Shown: in pieces, positions 62,891 to 64,000 of the stretch
Position numbering within the stretch: position 1 is the first letter of the stretch
How the letters are laid out: the number at the start of each line of letters is the position of its first letter
Assembly (NCBI RefSeq): GCF_009914755.1
Contig: NC_060939.1
Strand: one strand, 5' to 3'
DNA from: the human T2T-CHM13v2.0 reference genome, Homo sapiens
Length of the DNA: 64,000 bases
Translations under genes and position numbers: made by a program
The notes under the pieces: model-generated
The model's database searches: none
Told to the model about the DNA's origin: nothing
What the model saw: the letters and a program-made list of their open reading frames with translations, nothing else

Positions 62891-63933
62891 GAAATGCTTG
62901 GATGTCCAGGGAGAAGTTTGCTGCAGGAGCGTAGCCCTCATGGAGAACCTCTGCTAGGGCAGTGCAGAAGGAAAATGTGGGGTCGGAACCCCCACACAGA
63001 GTCCCCATTGGGGCACTGCCTAATGAAGCTCTGAGAAGAGGGCCACCATCCTCACACCCCAGAATAGTAGATCCACCAACAGCTTGCACCACATACCTGG
63101 AAAAGCTGCAGACACTCAACACTAGCCTGTGAATCAGCTGAGAGGGAGGGTGTACACTGCAAAGCCACAGGGGCGAAGCTGTCCAAGGTCATGGGAACCC
63201 ACCTCTTGCATCAGTGTAATGTGGATGTGAGACATGGAGTCAAAGGAGAGCATTTTGGAACTTTAAGGTTAAATGACTACCCTATTGGATTTTGGACTTG
63301 CATGGGGCCTGGAGCCCCTTTATTTTGGCCAATTTCTCCTATTTGGAATGAGTGTATTTAGGCAATTCCTGTACCACCTTTGTATCTAGGAAGTAACTAA
63401 CTTGCTTTTGATTTTACAGGCTCATAGGTGAAAGGGACTTGCCTTGTCTCAGATTAGACTTTGGACCTGGACTTTTGGGTTCATCCTGCAATGAACTAAG
63501 ACTTAGGGGGACTGTTGGAAAGGCATGATTATGTTTTGAAATGTGAGGACATGAGATTTGGGAGGGGGCAGGGGTGGAATGATATGGTTTGGCTGTGTCC
63601 TCACGCAAAAATCTCATCTTGTAGTTCCCATAATCCCCACAGCAGTGGGAGGTTATTGAATTATGGGGGCGGTTACCGCCATGCTGTTCTTCTGATAGTA
63701 AGTGAGATCTCACGAGATCTGATGGTTTTATGAGGGGCTTTTCCCCCTTTGCCTGGCAGTTCTCTCTCCTGCCGCCATGTGAAGAAGGACATGTTTGCTT
63801 CCCCTTCTGCCATTATTGTAAGTTTCCTCAGACCTCCCCACCATGCTGAACTGTGACTCAATATACCTGTTTCCTTTATCAATTACCCAGTCTTGGATAT
63901 GTCCTTATAGTAGTGTGAGAATGGATTAATACA
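61653..63933 (+). mobile_element. Near full-length THE1 (C/D-like) MaLR element: 5'LTR 61653-62018, internal 62019-63579, 3'LTR 63580-63933
   Basis: Both LTRs start TGATATGGTTTGGCTGTGT; internal region starts GTAAATTGGTACC; polypurine tract before the 3'LTR; ends TAATACA. Confidence 0.93.
62805..62889 (+). mobile_element. Severely 5'-truncated Alu inside the THE1 internal region
   Basis: ~43 nt of Alu 3' end plus a long poly(A); 15-bp TSD AGAAATGCYTGGATG. Confidence 0.92.
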
Positions 63934-64000
63934 GGTGAAAGTTAGAATCTCAGTCAAGGGACATTTAATGCAATTCTGCCAATTTCCCCAAGCTGGGAAA

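Overview
This is primate genomic DNA, almost certainly human. It is dense in repeats, with about 45 Alu elements or fragments plus L1, L2, MIR, MaLR/ERV LTRs and DNA-transposon fossils. I see no intact protein-coding exon. There are two main non-repeat features. The first is a full-length processed HMGN1 pseudogene on the minus strand (24839-26121), retrotransposed into the A-rich linker of an older Alu. The second is a ~2.1 kb CpG-island promoter (~53700-55800) with a plus-strand first exon ending at a CCG|GTAAGG donor (54280/54281); the rest of the window would then be intron 1, which contains a near full-length THE1 element. From memory only, an HMGN1 pseudogene ~28 kb upstream of a non-coding CpG-island first exon fits HMGN1P26 and TLN2 on 15q22; this needs BLAT confirmation. 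I found no convincing undescribed biological system. The best leads are small. They are a 28-bp CArG+ETS module present twice 2.5 kb apart, a twin-priming-like inverted Alu, a locally templated 137-bp insertion inside a MER5A, back-to-back uORFs in exon 1, and a Z-DNA tract beside two CTCF-like motifs. Repeat subfamily calls and boundaries were made by eye and are approximate.
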